DNA of 64,000 nt, from contig CM052817.1 of the NCBI GenBank assembly GCA_028534125.1, positions 11,162,001 to 11,226,000 on the forward strand, in the 5' to 3' direction. The number at the start of each line of letters is the position of its first letter. Within the stretch, counting starts at the first letter, position 1. The translations under genes were made by a program, and so were the position numbers. This DNA comes from Lama glama. Taxonomy: Eukaryota. Positions 22,923-36,846 of the stretch are shown here, piece after piece. The notes beneath the pieces were generated by a model. It made no database searches, was not told the origin of the DNA, and saw only the letters and a list, made by a program, of their open reading frames with translations.

Positions 22923-25473
22923 GTAACTCAGGATTACATCATAGACTCGTGGGATGTTAGGGCCAGAAGAGCCTCACAGACCCGAAAATCCAGCACTCTC
23001 ACTATTCAGAGAGTTAACTTCAGACCCAAGAGGTGAGATGACCCCCCCAGCAGCCGCACACAAGCTGGGACGAGGGCTGTTTGAGGTTCCTTCCTTCGTG
23101 TCTTGCCTTGCCTTGGAGAGAGTGTCATGACTTCACACTCCATAGTGTGTGTGTGTTGTGTTTTGTAGCGGTTTTACTGAAATTTAATTCATGCATAAAA
23201 TATGCAACTCAGTGATTTCTGGTCCATTCACAGAGTTGTGCTGTCGTCACCACAATCGATTCTAGAACATTTTCGTTACCCCCAAAAGGTTCCTTTTGCC
23301 CATTAGCAGTCCCCTCTCATTTCCCTCCCCGCCAGACATCAGTTTCATGGACATTTGGATTCTTTCCACTTCTTGGATCTGATGAATAATGCTGCTGTGA
23401 GCATCCGTGTACCAGTTTTTGTGTGGGCATGTTTCCATGTCTCTTGGGCAAGTAGCTGGGAGTTGAATTTGTTGGATCAGATGGTAACTCTTATCTTACC
23501 TTTTGGAGGAACTTAACATATTATGTTTTGTTTTGGCTAATTCTTCCTAGTCTTTTCTCTTTTTGACATACATGAAGAACACAGCACACCTGACTTGGCA
23601 TGGAGCGAGTCTCCGCCTGGTGGAGTCCCTTAGCTGGATTAGATACCAGCGCTGGGGTGTGGTCAGCAGCTAGGCTGTTGGACATAAAAGGCGGTCCCTC
23701 TAGGCTCTGTTACCCTCCTGGGAACTCCTTGTAACCCTTTAAGCCAAGTCTGAGTGTTTGGGAGTTTATGAAAATGAATAGCTATTTATTTGCTTTACCT
23801 GAAGAATCCTTTACTATGGACGCTGTTTCTCAAGGGAATTTCCATTGAAAAAGAAGGCACTATTTAATTGTGATTAGAGGTCACATTCTTTTTTTCAAGA
23901 AGACCCCTATAGTCTAGACAGAGTGAAGAAAAGGTGTAGTCTATAGAAAACACAGTATTAGAGCTTGATAAAATTTCTGGAGTGGCCACTATGTATTCTG
24001 TAGCAATGTTTAGTCTCTAAAAAGGTATCCTGGCCAAGGCAGTTCCTTGTTTTATTTGAGGAGACACCAGAGCTGCTTTGTGTCAGCAGGTTGTGGCTGT
24101 GTGGCCATGGTAAGGGCACCTCCTCTGTGTCTGGGAACTTGGCACATAAAGATGGGTGGCGGGGGTCCTTGTCTCCAGAGAACTGAGGACCTTGTACGAA
24201 GGAACAGGCAGGGAAATGTGGGGCCCGGGGGGTGCTGCAGGAGCAGGGAGGTGGAGAGGGCTGTGGAAGAGATGAAAAGGCACTTTAGCAGAAGCAGGGA
24301 GGTTGCTTAGAAGTTAACAGCAGGGCTTGTGGAGCAAAGGGAAGGCGGCCAGAGAGGAGGAGGGGTGGGTAGGGTGTAACCCCTCAAACTGCAGCAGCTG
24401 CGTCAGACCCGCTCCGGCATGGGTGGGAGCAAGTCAGAGGAATGCAGACTGTACTGCCAGAAGGGCAAGACTTCAATAAAACATCAAGCACTGAGTTTGT
24501 GATTAAGAATACCCACATTATCCAGCCCTGCTGCTTTTGAAGTGTTTTTTTTTTTTTTAGTTGTCGTACCTGCCATTTTTGTATTGTTTTCCCTCTTAAC
24601 TTGGGGCAGCCATCTCCCCATGACGAAGGCCTAGTTTAATAGTTTGAACAAACGGCTAGGAGCGTCCTTGGACGTGGTTGTTTCTGGTCTGTCTGTGGGA
24701 GGGTAGGATTTTTCCCACGGCCTAATTGCTGTGGCCAGCAGTCAGTGCAGGGCTCTTCCATGCCCCGGCCTAGGAGGAGTCACCCTACGGCGTCTGCCTC
24801 CTGGTTGGCACCAAGGACTCTTCCCGTTGAATTACCCACATCAAGCCCGGGTTTATTAAGTAATAACTAGTTTTCCCCCTTCAGTACGACTTCTCAAACT
24901 GTGAGAAATAGTCTGACTACATTATTAAGATTGAATTTCAGCAATTCTGTAAAAACAAAGAAATGGGCCTTGTAGTCTAAACAGTGGAGTGTAGCTTTGT
25001 TGGGTTTTTTTTGTTTATCGATTGGTTGTTGCTTTGTCTTTTATAGAAAGACCAAAAATAAAACAGTAGGCCCCTTGGCTATCTTCAAGCTCCTTTATCA
25101 TCTCAGAGCCTTGCTGACTTCATCTCTAAATTAAAACTGTAGAAATATGTGAGTGGGTTGGGGGGAAACTATCAAATAATTACCTGATGTCGCATTACAT
25201 ATCATACATGGATCCTCTTAGTAAGTCTATAGCTAATCTCTTGATGGAGGTGTCACTGATCTCATTTTATAGATGAGGGAACCAGCTCAGAATGAAGGGA
25301 CTGACCCAGGAATATACAGAAAGCAGATAGGATGTGATAATTAAAGTATTAATATGCGTGTATTTTAAGAGCTTGTGTGTTACACTTTATTTTACACACG
25401 GATGAGTTTATTCTCAGTCATTTTGTAATAGAGATAGCAGCATGTATTTACTTTTTTTCTTTTCTGCCCTTAG

Positions 25474-25632
25474 ACCCAAGTCTTGGATTGAGGAACAGGA
25501 AATGGGATCATTCCTAAGTGTGGCCAAAGGGTCCGACGAGCCTCCCGTCTTCCTGGAAATTCACTACAAAGGCAGCCCCGATGCAGGTGAACCACCGCTG
25601 GTGTTAGTCGGGAAGGGAATCACCTTTGACAG
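25474..25632 (+). CDS. LAP3: LAP3 exon 7 (last exon visible before the gap)
   Basis: ccttag| (R)[52 protein letters not shown] |gtatgc; 159 nt; contains the M17 VGKGITFD metal-ligand motif; exons 1-7 total 863 nt in one open frame. Confidence 0.97.
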
Positions 25633-27859
25633 GTATGCCTTTACTGTATCTGTGCTTTGTATTTTGGTGAATGCTTCGTATGCAGTTGTATTATTTGGTG
25701 TATAATTTGCTTAAAAGCCTGGTTTGGGTCAGATCTTACGTGTTATTTTAAATGTATTAAGCTCCCACTTCAAAACTGCCTGCTGTCAGGCCCTTTACAT
25801 ATATTAGCCCCAGTCTTACCCCCAGGAGGTGGGCACTGCAGACATTCTACAGGGAAGGAATCCATGACGCGGAGAGGTCAAATAGTTTGTTCAAAGCCCT
25901 AAAAATAACAAGAGTTGGAAGTCAAACTCAGCTGTGTCTTTAAAATGTCTTAAAATCTTCGCCCCACACACTGATTCTCCTGTGTACATATTGAAGACTG
26001 CTGTGGATGATGAGGCAGCCGTGTGGGTCGTGCTGTCTTCCCTTTGCTGACTTCAGAGGACTTTTTTTGCTGACCAGACTAGCTTTGATTAATCGTATTA
26101 AACCATAAGTATTCCTTAGAATTGGAAGCTCGCTCTAGTTATTTCAACCAAGGAGAAGCTGAGTTGGTGTTTCCCATGGAAAGCATTTGCTACTAAATAC
26201 TAGTTTCAGGGGTGCTAATTAAATGTGAGACGTAAGAAGAATCACTTGATCAGAAAGCTAGGTTAGATTTTGGATAACAGTCCTTTATCAGATCTTTCTT
26301 TGGCAGATCATTTTTCCCGTCTGTACCACATCTTCTTGTTCTCTTGATGGTGTCTTTTGAAGAGCAGAGGGTTTTCATTTTAATGACGTCCAGTTTATCA
26401 ATTCTTTATTTCATGGATCATGCCTTTGATGTTGTATCTAAAAAGTCATTGCTGTATCCAAGGTCATCCAGATTTTCTCCTGCATTAGCTTGTAGGAGTT
26501 TTATATTTTTTTTACATTTAGGTCTGTCATCCTTTTGGAGTTAATTTTTGTGAAAGGTGTAAGGTATGTGTGTCTAGAATTGATTTTTGCATGTGGATGT
26601 CCAGTTTTTCAGCACCATTTGTAGAAAGACTATGTTTTCTCCATTATAATGCTTTTTTCTTTGCTGGAAATCACTTGATTTTATTTATGTGGGTCTATTG
26701 CATTTGATATTTTTTATTTCTAGCACATAATATAATACAGAATATATTTTTTCAAAACATTGTATTATAGTTACTGATATATAAATAAAACTTATTGTTT
26801 TTAACCAGGGGAAAAAACAAAAAAAAACTAGGTTAGATAAAACAAATGAGTTTTTTTATCTTGTTTTGTCTTAACTACAGGACTTCTTGGGGGTCTAGAA
26901 TATAGCATCTTCTAAATTTCCTTTTTTTTTTAAATTGAAATATAGTTGACATCTAAATTTCCTTTTGAAGGGAATTTGTATCTCAGGGAATCGTGGTCCA
27001 TGGAAACTGCTTTGGAAAATGCTACTAGAGATCCCGAAAATCTTGAGGTCCTAGTCCGTTTTTGCACTCATTCAGGAATTCTGCCTGAAACGTGGTTGAA
27101 TCTTATCCTTACAAGAGTGCTTCTAAGCACTGTGATGTCTTGTCCTGGGCAGAGCTGGCCGCCAGGGCGGTCTTCCTTGTACCAGCAGGGTGTAATGCCT
27201 CTTGTTCACTGGTTCACGTTCCCTCCTGTAAAGCGCTGGTCTCCCAATGATCTTCATTATGTAGCCAATCAGTGAAAGGTCCCAGCTCATACCATTCGAA
27301 ATAGGCACATTCATTTATGTTACATGCATATACTGTTGTAGTAAAGTATTATAAAAAGGTACAGCATATAAAAATTAGAGATTGAAAGTTAAGTTGTCTT
27401 TAAATGTCTTGCTAATTAAAATGGTTTTATACTACCATGGGCTAGAATCTTAATGCAAATATTGATGCTCAGGGTGAAGTTTATTGTTAATTTAAATCCA
27501 TATTTGAATTTTTTGCTATGGGAATATTGAGGAAGGAGGCCTGACCTGGTCTTTTGGGTTTAGAGGAGGCTTCCTAGAAGGAGTGCCAGTCTTAGCGTAA
27601 ACTGTGAAGGACAAGGGAGTTGGTCGTGCTGGGCGCAGGGCCGGGAAAGAGCAGGTGAAGGCTGCAGGTGGGAAGGAGGAGGGACCTAGGACCGATGGAG
27701 TGCCAGAGTGGCTGCAGCTGAGCATGGCTGGGGGAAGGGACGAGGTTCAGCTGGAGAGGTAGCCAGAAGCCGGGTTGTCCTGGGCCTGGTTAGATTTTGA
27801 ACTTTGCTCTAAGAACAGTTGGAAGTAACTACAGGGTGTCCAGCAGAGGGAATGACGTG

Positions 27860-28951
27860 AGAATTATATATACAGTAAAAGCCACCCTTTAAGTGTTTAG
27901 CTCAACGAGCTTGACAAATTCATTCACCCTTGCAGCAGCCACCCCGATTATGAAAATAGAACATTTCCCTGATGCCCCCAAAACCTGCTTGGGGAATTTG
28001 GGGGCGATGCTCTTTGGCAGTCATTTCCTCCCCGACCCCTTACCTGGACAACCAGTCATCTTTCTGTTATTGTAGATTCGTTTGGCCTCTTCCAGAAGCT
28101 CATACACATGGAATCTTTTCTGTCTGCCTCCTTTCTCCCAGCATATTATCTCTGAGGTTTAACCATGCTGTGGGTCGTGTCAGTAATCTGTTCCTTTATG
28201 TCACTGAGTAGGGTTCCATTGTGTGGAAATACAAACATTTGTTTATCCAGCCATCTGTTGAGGGAAATTGGTTTGTTCCAGTTTGGGGTTATTAGTAATA
28301 AAGCCAAGACCATCTGTAAGCCTTTGGGTGGGCAGAGGTTTACCTTACTCTTGGGTAAATACCTAGGAAAGGAGGACTGAGTTGTATAACCGCCTGTTTA
28401 AGTTTGTAAGAAACTATCGAACTTTTCCAAGCTGGTAGTACCATTTTGCATCCCCACCACCAACGTACAAGGATTCTGCCAACATTTGATGGTGTCGGTC
28501 TTTTTATTTCTTGCCCCTGCAGGGAGTGTGTCTTGGTATCTCTTTGAAGTTTGTGTTGCACTTCCCTGACTAATGATGTTTAGCATTTTTTTAATTCGTA
28601 CATCACCTTTAGTGAAGTGTCTGCTGAAATCTTTTACCCTTTATTATAGGAGTGTTTGTCTTATGAGTTACAGGGTTGTTTTTTTTTAATATATTCTAGA
28701 TACAGGCCCTTTGTCAGACAGATGTGTTGACATAGTTTTTCCCATTCTGAGGCTTGCCTTTTCATTTTCTTAAGTGGTATCTTTTGAAGAGTAGTTCCTA
28801 ATTTTGATGAAGTGTAATTTATCAAGCTTTAATTTTATGGTTCATGCTTTTTTTGCCCGGTTTAAGAGAATATTGCCTATGCCAAGTCTGTGTTTTCTTC
28901 AATAATTCCTACAGTTTTAGCTTTTGAGCCTATGTGCCATTTTGAATTTTC
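27860..28951 (-). mobile_element. L1M fragment running into the gap
   Basis: Antisense L1 motifs (ccctgactaatgatgtttagca; attctagatacaggccctttgtcag). Confidence 0.75.
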
Positions 28952-29451
28952 NNNNNNNNNNNNNNNNNNNNNNNNNNNNNNNNNNNNNNNNNNNNNNNNN
29001 NNNNNNNNNNNNNNNNNNNNNNNNNNNNNNNNNNNNNNNNNNNNNNNNNNNNNNNNNNNNNNNNNNNNNNNNNNNNNNNNNNNNNNNNNNNNNNNNNNNN
29101 NNNNNNNNNNNNNNNNNNNNNNNNNNNNNNNNNNNNNNNNNNNNNNNNNNNNNNNNNNNNNNNNNNNNNNNNNNNNNNNNNNNNNNNNNNNNNNNNNNNN
29201 NNNNNNNNNNNNNNNNNNNNNNNNNNNNNNNNNNNNNNNNNNNNNNNNNNNNNNNNNNNNNNNNNNNNNNNNNNNNNNNNNNNNNNNNNNNNNNNNNNNN
29301 NNNNNNNNNNNNNNNNNNNNNNNNNNNNNNNNNNNNNNNNNNNNNNNNNNNNNNNNNNNNNNNNNNNNNNNNNNNNNNNNNNNNNNNNNNNNNNNNNNNN
29401 NNNNNNNNNNNNNNNNNNNNNNNNNNNNNNNNNNNNNNNNNNNNNNNNNNN
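28952..29451. other. Assembly gap (500 N)
   Basis: Run of exactly 500 N; an L1 relic runs up to the left edge. Confidence 1.
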
Positions 29452-29722
29452 TAATAATTTTGGGGCACTCAGTGATGAGCTTTTGATTTTGTGAGGCAGG
29501 TACTATTATCCTCATATTACAGATGAAAAAATGAAGCACAAGAGAGGGTTAGCAACATGCCAACGATGTCACCAAGCGAGTAAGTGGGAGAGCAGAAATT
29601 GAAGCCCAGGCAGTCTGCCTCCAGAGCTGGCATTCTTAATTATTGTAATGCTTTCTTTCAGTTCAGTGACTTGAATGGATGTGGAATTTATTTGAAATAC
29701 TGAAATAAGACCACAAAAGGGA

Positions 29723-29935
29723 TAGACTGGGATTTCAAAATTGTAGAATAGATAAACAAGATTACAGTGTATAGCACAGGGAAATAATACACAAAATGTT
29801 ATGATAAATCACAGAGAAAAAAATGTGACAATGAGTGTGTATATGTCCATGAATGACTGAAAAATTGTGCTGAACACTGGAATTTGACACAACATTGTAA
29901 AATGATTATAAATCAATAAAAAATGTTAAAAAAAA
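29723..29935 (+). mobile_element. 5'-truncated young L1 3' end with 16-bp TSD
   Basis: L1 3'UTR-like sequence, AATAAA and poly(A); AAGACCACAAAAGGGA at 29707-29722 and 29936-29951. Confidence 0.85.
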
Positions 29936-30799
29936 AAGACCACAAAAGGGACTGTCAATGGGTAAACTATTTGCTTACCACCTGAAACTACAACCAGTCA
30001 AAATTCCATTTGTTCAGATTAAGAAGAAAGCTCTTCCCTTTCCACGTTTGTATTGTGTGAATCAAATTACCCACAAATACGATCTATGTCTTTTTTCTTT
30101 TAAGACTTTGAAAACGTTTGACAGGAAAAGCTCTTTATTGGAGTTATTTTTAATATTTAATATTTTAAAAACTTGACATGTAAGAGGACATTATGTGCCT
30201 AAACCGGCTTATACAGAAGGAATGGCAATGGACATGCATATCCATGTTATTTACTAGCATTAAAATCAGGCAGGAAGAGTGTGTAAACGCAGGTTCCTCT
30301 GGGTAAGCGTATCCTGAAGTAGGAAAGATGGAAATGGAAAGGTGGGACTACCGGCTTGTGAAGGGAAACTAAAAAATTTTAGATTTCTTCTGTGTGAGTC
30401 AGAAGACTAGGGATTTGACAGAAGGCATTCTATCAAAGACTTTTTATAAATAAAACAACAGTAGAACTCTTGTATTTACTAGAGTGTGGGAAACAAAAGG
30501 TATGGGTTAGCCCTGGATTCCTGGGCCTATCTAATCTGGCTGAGATGAAATTTAGTTGCCATTGCAAGTGTCTGGCTACCAAGTATTCCACAAACGCTTG
30601 GCGGATCCTTAGAACCATGCTCCAGAGGCAGGTGGTAGCATCTGCATCTGTCATCAGTGAAGACAAAGCATGTCTTGGAGAGGCATGGCTTCGAAGAGCA
30701 CCAAATCCAAATCAGCGGTGGATTAGAACACTATACCTGAAATAGGAAATTCAAAATTCAAGCAGCCTCACGGTTCCACTCCACTATTTTTGGGTTCAT

Positions 30800-31027
30800 A
30801 AAACAGTTACATTTTTAATTAAAATATTATTTATGTTAACATATAATGGGCTTATTTTTAAAGTAATATTTTTAAAATACTCGGTTTTAATAGGTAAATA
30901 TTTTACGTATTATTTTTAATTTAATAGGTAAATATTGCCCGACATACCCCACAAAAACAAAAATATTTGGAGTCCAACAATTTTTTAGGAGTGTAAAGGG
31001 GTCCAAAAAAGTTTGAGAACTGCTGCA
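30800..31027. mobile_element. hAT-Charlie-type DNA transposon relic
   Basis: Ends ...aaggggtccaaaaaagtttgagaactgctg, typical of a Charlie/MER terminus. Confidence 0.55.
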
Positions 31028-32079
31028 GTAACTACTTCCTTCTTGGCATTCCATTTTTGTTCAATTAACAAGTATTTATTATGTCTACTTTATGCCAGGC
31101 ACAGTTCTGGGTGTTGGGAATACAGGTGAAACAAAACAGGCAAGCACTGATTACACAAAGCTTGTTTTCCAGTTGATGTGTGTGTGTGTGCAAGGTAACT
31201 TAAGTCAATGAAGAAGAAAAGTAAACAAGATAATTTCAGGTAACTGTTTAGGTATTGTAAAGAAAATCAAACAAACAGGTTGAAGTGGCTGTGAGTGTGG
31301 GTCTAATGAAATTGATTCTGTGCAGGTGACTTCTGATTTGAGATCTGATTGGCAAAGGGAAGACTCTGATTTTTCTCTGCTTCTGCCCTGCCCTGCTGGC
31401 TTTTCTGTAGCTCCTTACATATGCCAGGCAGGTGCCTTCTTCAGCACCCACTCCCCCAAACCCGGTCTAGAGAACTTTCCTAAATAAATTTTACTCCAGT
31501 CACTCCAGTGCAGATCTCCGCAGAGAGGCCTCCAATCACCCATCTCAAATCCGTCACTAGCCATTCCCTTACTGGACTTCATTATTCTTGGCACTTCTCT
31601 CTACATGACATTGCTCTACATATGTATGTGTTTATCCAGCTTTCACAAAACAACAGTAAAATCCCTAAGGGCAGAGACTTAGAAGTGATCGCTGTAAACC
31701 TCAGATCATTAAACAGAGCCTGGGACAGGGAAGGCTCAACAAATGTGGATGATAACTGTAAAATTAAATACAGTGAAAAAAATGTTCAGCTCTGAAAAGA
31801 TGAATAAGCAAGAGTTAAAAAAAAAAGAATAGCATATTGACTTTCCCTGTGATGTAACCATAAATATCTAAAGCGAATAGTGCAACACAGAGAGAGGGAG
31901 CCTCAACAATGTTAATCTTTTTCATTACCTGTCTCTCCCCAGAGAGAATTTAAGGCAAGTATTTCCTGTTTCTTCCCGCTACACCCACGGGGACCGGATT
32001 AGTGACAGTACACAGTAAACTCTCAGTAAATGTTTGTGGATGGATGAGTACCTCCCTTCTTCTATCAACGGGAAAACCG

Positions 32080-32960
32080 AGCCCAGGGAAAGCGCCGGGG
32101 CCCGTCATTTCAAGTTAAGGGCAAAGGCGGGGCTGGGAATATCCTGACTCCCGCGCGAGGGCTCGCTCCACGTTAGTCATTGAGTCTCCTCTCCACACAA
32201 CTGTGTCAAACGCTATCAAAGCCTTCAATTGTCAAATTAAGAAAAAAAATAAAAGCCAGGAGACCTGCGTGTCAGGAAAGAAGAGGGGACGAGATCACCA
32301 CATGAGCGGCTTCCCGTGCTGCGCGACAGACGCCTAGGGGCGCGGGGCACCATCACGTGGCCGGGCATGTCACGTGACCCGCGCCGCCAGCTCCGCGCAG
32401 GCGCAGTGGATCTCTCGCCGCCATTTTAGAAATGGCGGCTCCGCTGGGCGGTATGTTCTCCGGGCAGCCCCCCGGACCCCCACCACCCCCGCCGGGACTC
32501 CTAAGCCAGGCTTCGCTTCTTCAGGCCACGCCAGGCGTCCCGAGAACTTCTAACAGTACCTTGGTGGACGAGTTGGAGTCATCTTTCGAGGTAAGATGAG
32601 ACGTTGGCGTCTGGGTTCCCGGGCTCCCTTCTTTCCTGAAACGTACGCTGCGCGTGCGCAGGTATCCCCTTGCACAATCACTTCACCCGGTTTACAAATG
32701 GGGAAATAGGCTCAGACAACGTAAGTCGCTTGCTTTAGTCTCTACGTTGAGTGGTGGCGGGAATTCTCTGCTAGTCCGCTGACGGAGATGCGTAAACTGA
32801 TTGGCAGGTGTCCTCCAGCCATGGGACCCTTCTGGGTTCCATTGGGTTGTTCCTGCCCCACCCCATTCTTGGTCGCATCCCTGAGTACCCTTTCCCGCGT
32901 CCCTGCGTGTTTAGTACGGGCTAATTGTTTCCCGAGCGTAGCGTTCCCTCGCTACGTCCC
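32080..32960. promoter_or_regulatory. MED28 CpG-island promoter with E-box, NRF1 and YY1 motifs
   Basis: TCACGTGG 32353-32360, GTCACGTGAC 32369-32378, GCGCAGGCGCA 32395-32405, GCCGCCATTT 32417-32426. Confidence 0.85.
32432..32590 (+). CDS. MED28: MED28 (Mediator subunit 28) exon 1
   Basis: [53 protein letters not shown] |gtaaga; 159 nt; CpG island. Confidence 0.97.
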
Positions 32961-34989
32961 GTATCATTTCCCCTGGGCTCCACCCTTAAACGGTCCTAAA
33001 GTAATGGGACTTATGGAGCTGAAATGGACTTATTTGAAAGTTACTGTGCGGAAAATGGTACTATGGGCCGAGGAAGGAGGAAAGCTGGTGGGTAGGGAGT
33101 GAGGCAGAGGTGACCCATATTCAGAGTTCTGCTCAAGCAGTTAAACCTATAGCGAAAAAGATGGAGAATAAGGAGAGGAAAAATCAGTGCTTCAAAATAG
33201 GGTGGCTTCCAGAGATCTCTAAAGTGGAAGATGAGCCATTAATGTTTGGAAATAAAATAACTTGTAGTTGGAGTTACCTTCTCTACATTTTAGATCCTAG
33301 TCGTGGGACTTTTATACTGTATATATGCAGAAAAGAAGGGAGCCTGTATGTATGCACAGTAGTACATAAATAGAGTTTGTAAGTGAACGCGGTATTGGGG
33401 CTGCAGGGACAAAATGCTTTTGTTGATACGGGGTTACAGTCGAAACTTTGGAGATAACAGATTTAAAAGATACAGAAATATGTTCTGTCTGGGAAAAAGA
33501 TGAGACACCTTTCGGGTGGTGCTAAGCTGTAAAGGAAAGGGACAGGTAACCTTTAGAGCAGCATCTAGCTTTGAGGTGGGGTGACCCTCGTCAGGAGCGC
33601 TTGCTGAAGGACTGGCCCTGTAGAAAGAAGTCTTGGGCAGAGCTGACCACCGACCCGCTAATGCTTAAAATCCTTCAGCGGCTGCCTGTGGCTGTTGCAG
33701 TAAGACCAAGAGGCTCTGTGGTTTCTCTAGCTCTGCGTGTACCAGGCTCTGCACCAGACCCATCTCTTCTTACTCTGGCCACAGGAGACTTTTTCTGCAC
33801 GTGTCCTTTGTTTTTGTTTTTTTTTTTTTTTTGGCTTCCGGGTCCCTCCTTCAGCTCACCATCACTTCCCCATTGACCCTGCCCTGCCTCTCTTTGTAGC
33901 ACTTACACTATACCAGGCTCCATGAAGTCAGAGACCATCTGTTTTGCCTCCTCTCATTGTATCTGTGGTGCTAATCCAGTGGTAGCAGATAGCAAGTGCT
34001 TCATGAATCTTTGCCAATCAGTGAAGGAGCCTGTTGTGTGTCAGGCTCTGTCCTGGGCGCTAAGAATATAGAGAAAACAGTCCTGGCCTTCAGGGAGCAC
34101 GTGACAGTACAGTGGAGGAAACAGATAGATGGCAGACCGTTGCCGTGCTGCGGGATCAGTGCTCTGACACAGGAAACCTGGGATGCTCTGAGAGCATATC
34201 TGGGCGTGGCTGACAAAGAAGGCTTTCCGGAGAAGGTGAAACCCGAATGGGCATTTGGAATTAGCCCAGGTGAAAGGGAGTGGAGAGGTGCTCCCTGGAT
34301 CCCCCACCGGGTCTTCTCTCAAGGCTCAGCTCAAAGCCCATTTTCGTTTCCTGTTTCCTCCCTCATGGTCTGTGTGGACTTCTATTCCATAACCTCCAGT
34401 GGCTCATTTTTCAACCTGCTTCCCCCCTTTTTATTTCTGTTTGGATGCCACCCCTGCGGTGACTAGCTTTCTAGTTGCTCTGGAAGTGATCTTTGATGGA
34501 AAGTTTGTTGAGATCATGTACTTTCATTGTGGAGGGAACCTTAGAGACCATCTCCTTCTCTCCTGGATGGAGAAACTGAGGCTGAAGAGAGGGAAATAAC
34601 GTGCCCTAAGCCAAACTCCTGCTTTGTGGAAATGAGGACTAGTACTGGGGCCTCCTTACTGTCTAGGCAAAGGCTGTGTCCTGGGCGTACTTCTAAAAAG
34701 CATTTCCTTTTTGTAGACCACCAAATATTTTCTTCTCCACCCAACTGTTCGGCTAGCTTGTGTATTTTCTATATATTTCTGAATAATTATCTCAAAAACT
34801 CACTTTCACTTCTGTTGCAAATGTAAAGTTTTAAGTCAGAATAGTTATAGTTAAATGGTGCATCATCCAAAACATTGCCCAAAACAGTAACGATACAAGT
34901 ACGTAATGTTTCCTCCCTCTCATGTACACATACAACTACAACTTAGATATAGTTGAGGTCATCAGTGTCTTGCTAGTCTGGGCAATTTT

Positions 34990-35530
34990 TTTTATTTTAG
35001 TTGAAGTTTAATTGATACACTAGTTTTAGGTGTACAGACTAATGGTTTAATATTTGTGTATATTGCAAAATGATTGCCACAGTTAAGTCTAGTTAATATC
35101 TGTCACCATACATAGTTAAAAAGAATTTTAACTGTGCTGTACAGTACATCCTTTTGACTTATTTATAACTGGAAGTTTGTACCTTTTGGCGCACTTCACC
35201 CACCCCATCTTCTGCCTCTGGCAACCACCACCGTGTTCTGCTCATCTTTGAGCTTGTTTTTGTTTTGTTTTAAGGTCCACATTTAAGTGCAATCATATAG
35301 TATTTGACTTATACCCTCAAGGTCCATCCATGTTGCAAATGGCAAGATTTCATTCTCTTTTTAATGGCTGAATAATATTCTGTTGTATATATTTACCACA
35401 ACTGCTTTATCCATCCATCCATTGATGGACACTTAGGTTGTTTTCATATACCTTGGCTATTGTGAATAATACTGTAATGAACGTGGGGGGTGCAGAAATC
35501 TTTTCAAGTTAGTGTTTTTATTTTTTTCAG
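34990..35530 (-). mobile_element. L1 3' end in MED28 intron 1
   Basis: catccatgttgcaaatggcaagatttcattc...gatggacacttaggttgttttcat. Confidence 0.8.
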
Positions 35531-36779
35531 CTAAGTATCATTTGTATATATTTATTTTATTTATTTGTTTATTTATTTAATAATTAAAGAGGGGAAGAAA
35601 AAACTAATTCTGAAATCAGGTTTCCTCCCACCCTGTCTGGTGGCCCTGCTGGTTCTGGGGGAGCAGCCCCAGCTTTCTTTGCCAGTTTGTGACTGGTTGG
35701 CTTTCTGGATGAGATGTTTTCAAGGAGCCACCGGTTTCACAATGCAGGTGCACCCCACCTACATCTCAGATCCAACAGGAGTCACCTTTCAAAGTAATAC
35801 ACAGAATGGGCAATCTTTTTTGACTTCTTGACTGTTACAGGATTTCTTCAGGGGAAATCCTTTGATTTTTTTTTTCTTTGTAAATCAGATGGGGGCAACT
35901 GCAGGCAGAAGAGCCTTTTTCACATCTGATTGATGGCCTAAATTTGGGCCTAAACTTGCCTGCCTCACACCAAATGTAGTTTGCTTACTAGCAGGTCTGT
36001 GCTTTCCTGAGGTTTGAGGTTTCTTTTCTGAGCCCTGCTCCCCAGCTCCCATCTGGCTCTCTTTCTGGCCCTGCTGCCCTGCAATAGCCCTCCTTTGTGC
36101 ATTTCCTGAGAGTTGCGCATGCACAGAACTCCTTGGCTGAATCCCTCTTTGGGACTCATTTGTCTGTGTGACACCACCTTCTCTTAGGCCATCCAGTCAG
36201 TCGTGAACATGTATTGAGCATCCACTTTGTGCCAAGCAACAAGACAGGCAAAATTCCCACCTGCTAGTAGGGGACAGCTAACAGTGGACTGAAAGAATGG
36301 CACGATGTCAGTTAATTGAGTGAAAAACAATAAAACAGGGCTTGAGGATAGAGCATGAGCAGGAAGAGTGCCGTTTTGACAGAGTAGACAGGGACGGCCT
36401 CAATGAGGAGGTGACGGTTGACCCGAGTCCTAACTGGGTGATACAAGTCATCAGAGGGAGGGGCTGCGGATAGGACTGGAATGGAGATCCAGGCCTTGGT
36501 GAGACAGTGGGGGTGGGAGCAGCAGTAGGAGAGACCAGATTTGGGGGACAGGCAGCAAATACCGGCTGCCTATTTGCCGGCTCTCCCTCTGTGGGCCTAA
36601 TGGGCTCAATTTACCAAGTTTCTTCAGTGGCATAATGTCACTAATTAAAGAGGGGAATACAAACCCAGGAGCTGTCAACTTACTGAGTGACATCAAGAGA
36701 AGGTATTTCTTACTCTGAAGTAAGAGTCTTGATGTGTGAGTGACATTTTTTTCTTTTGCGATATGTTTTGATCACACAG

Positions 36780-36846
36780 GCTTGTTTTGCTTCTCTGGTG
36801 AGTCAAGACTATGTCAATGGTACAGATCAGGAAGAGATCCGAACTG
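36780..36846 (+). CDS. MED28: MED28 exon 2
   Basis: cacag| [22 protein letters not shown] |gtaaga; 67 nt. Confidence 0.96.

Noticed and set aside
28877..29539. ORFs of 176-220 aa
   Set aside because: Artefacts of translating the N gap
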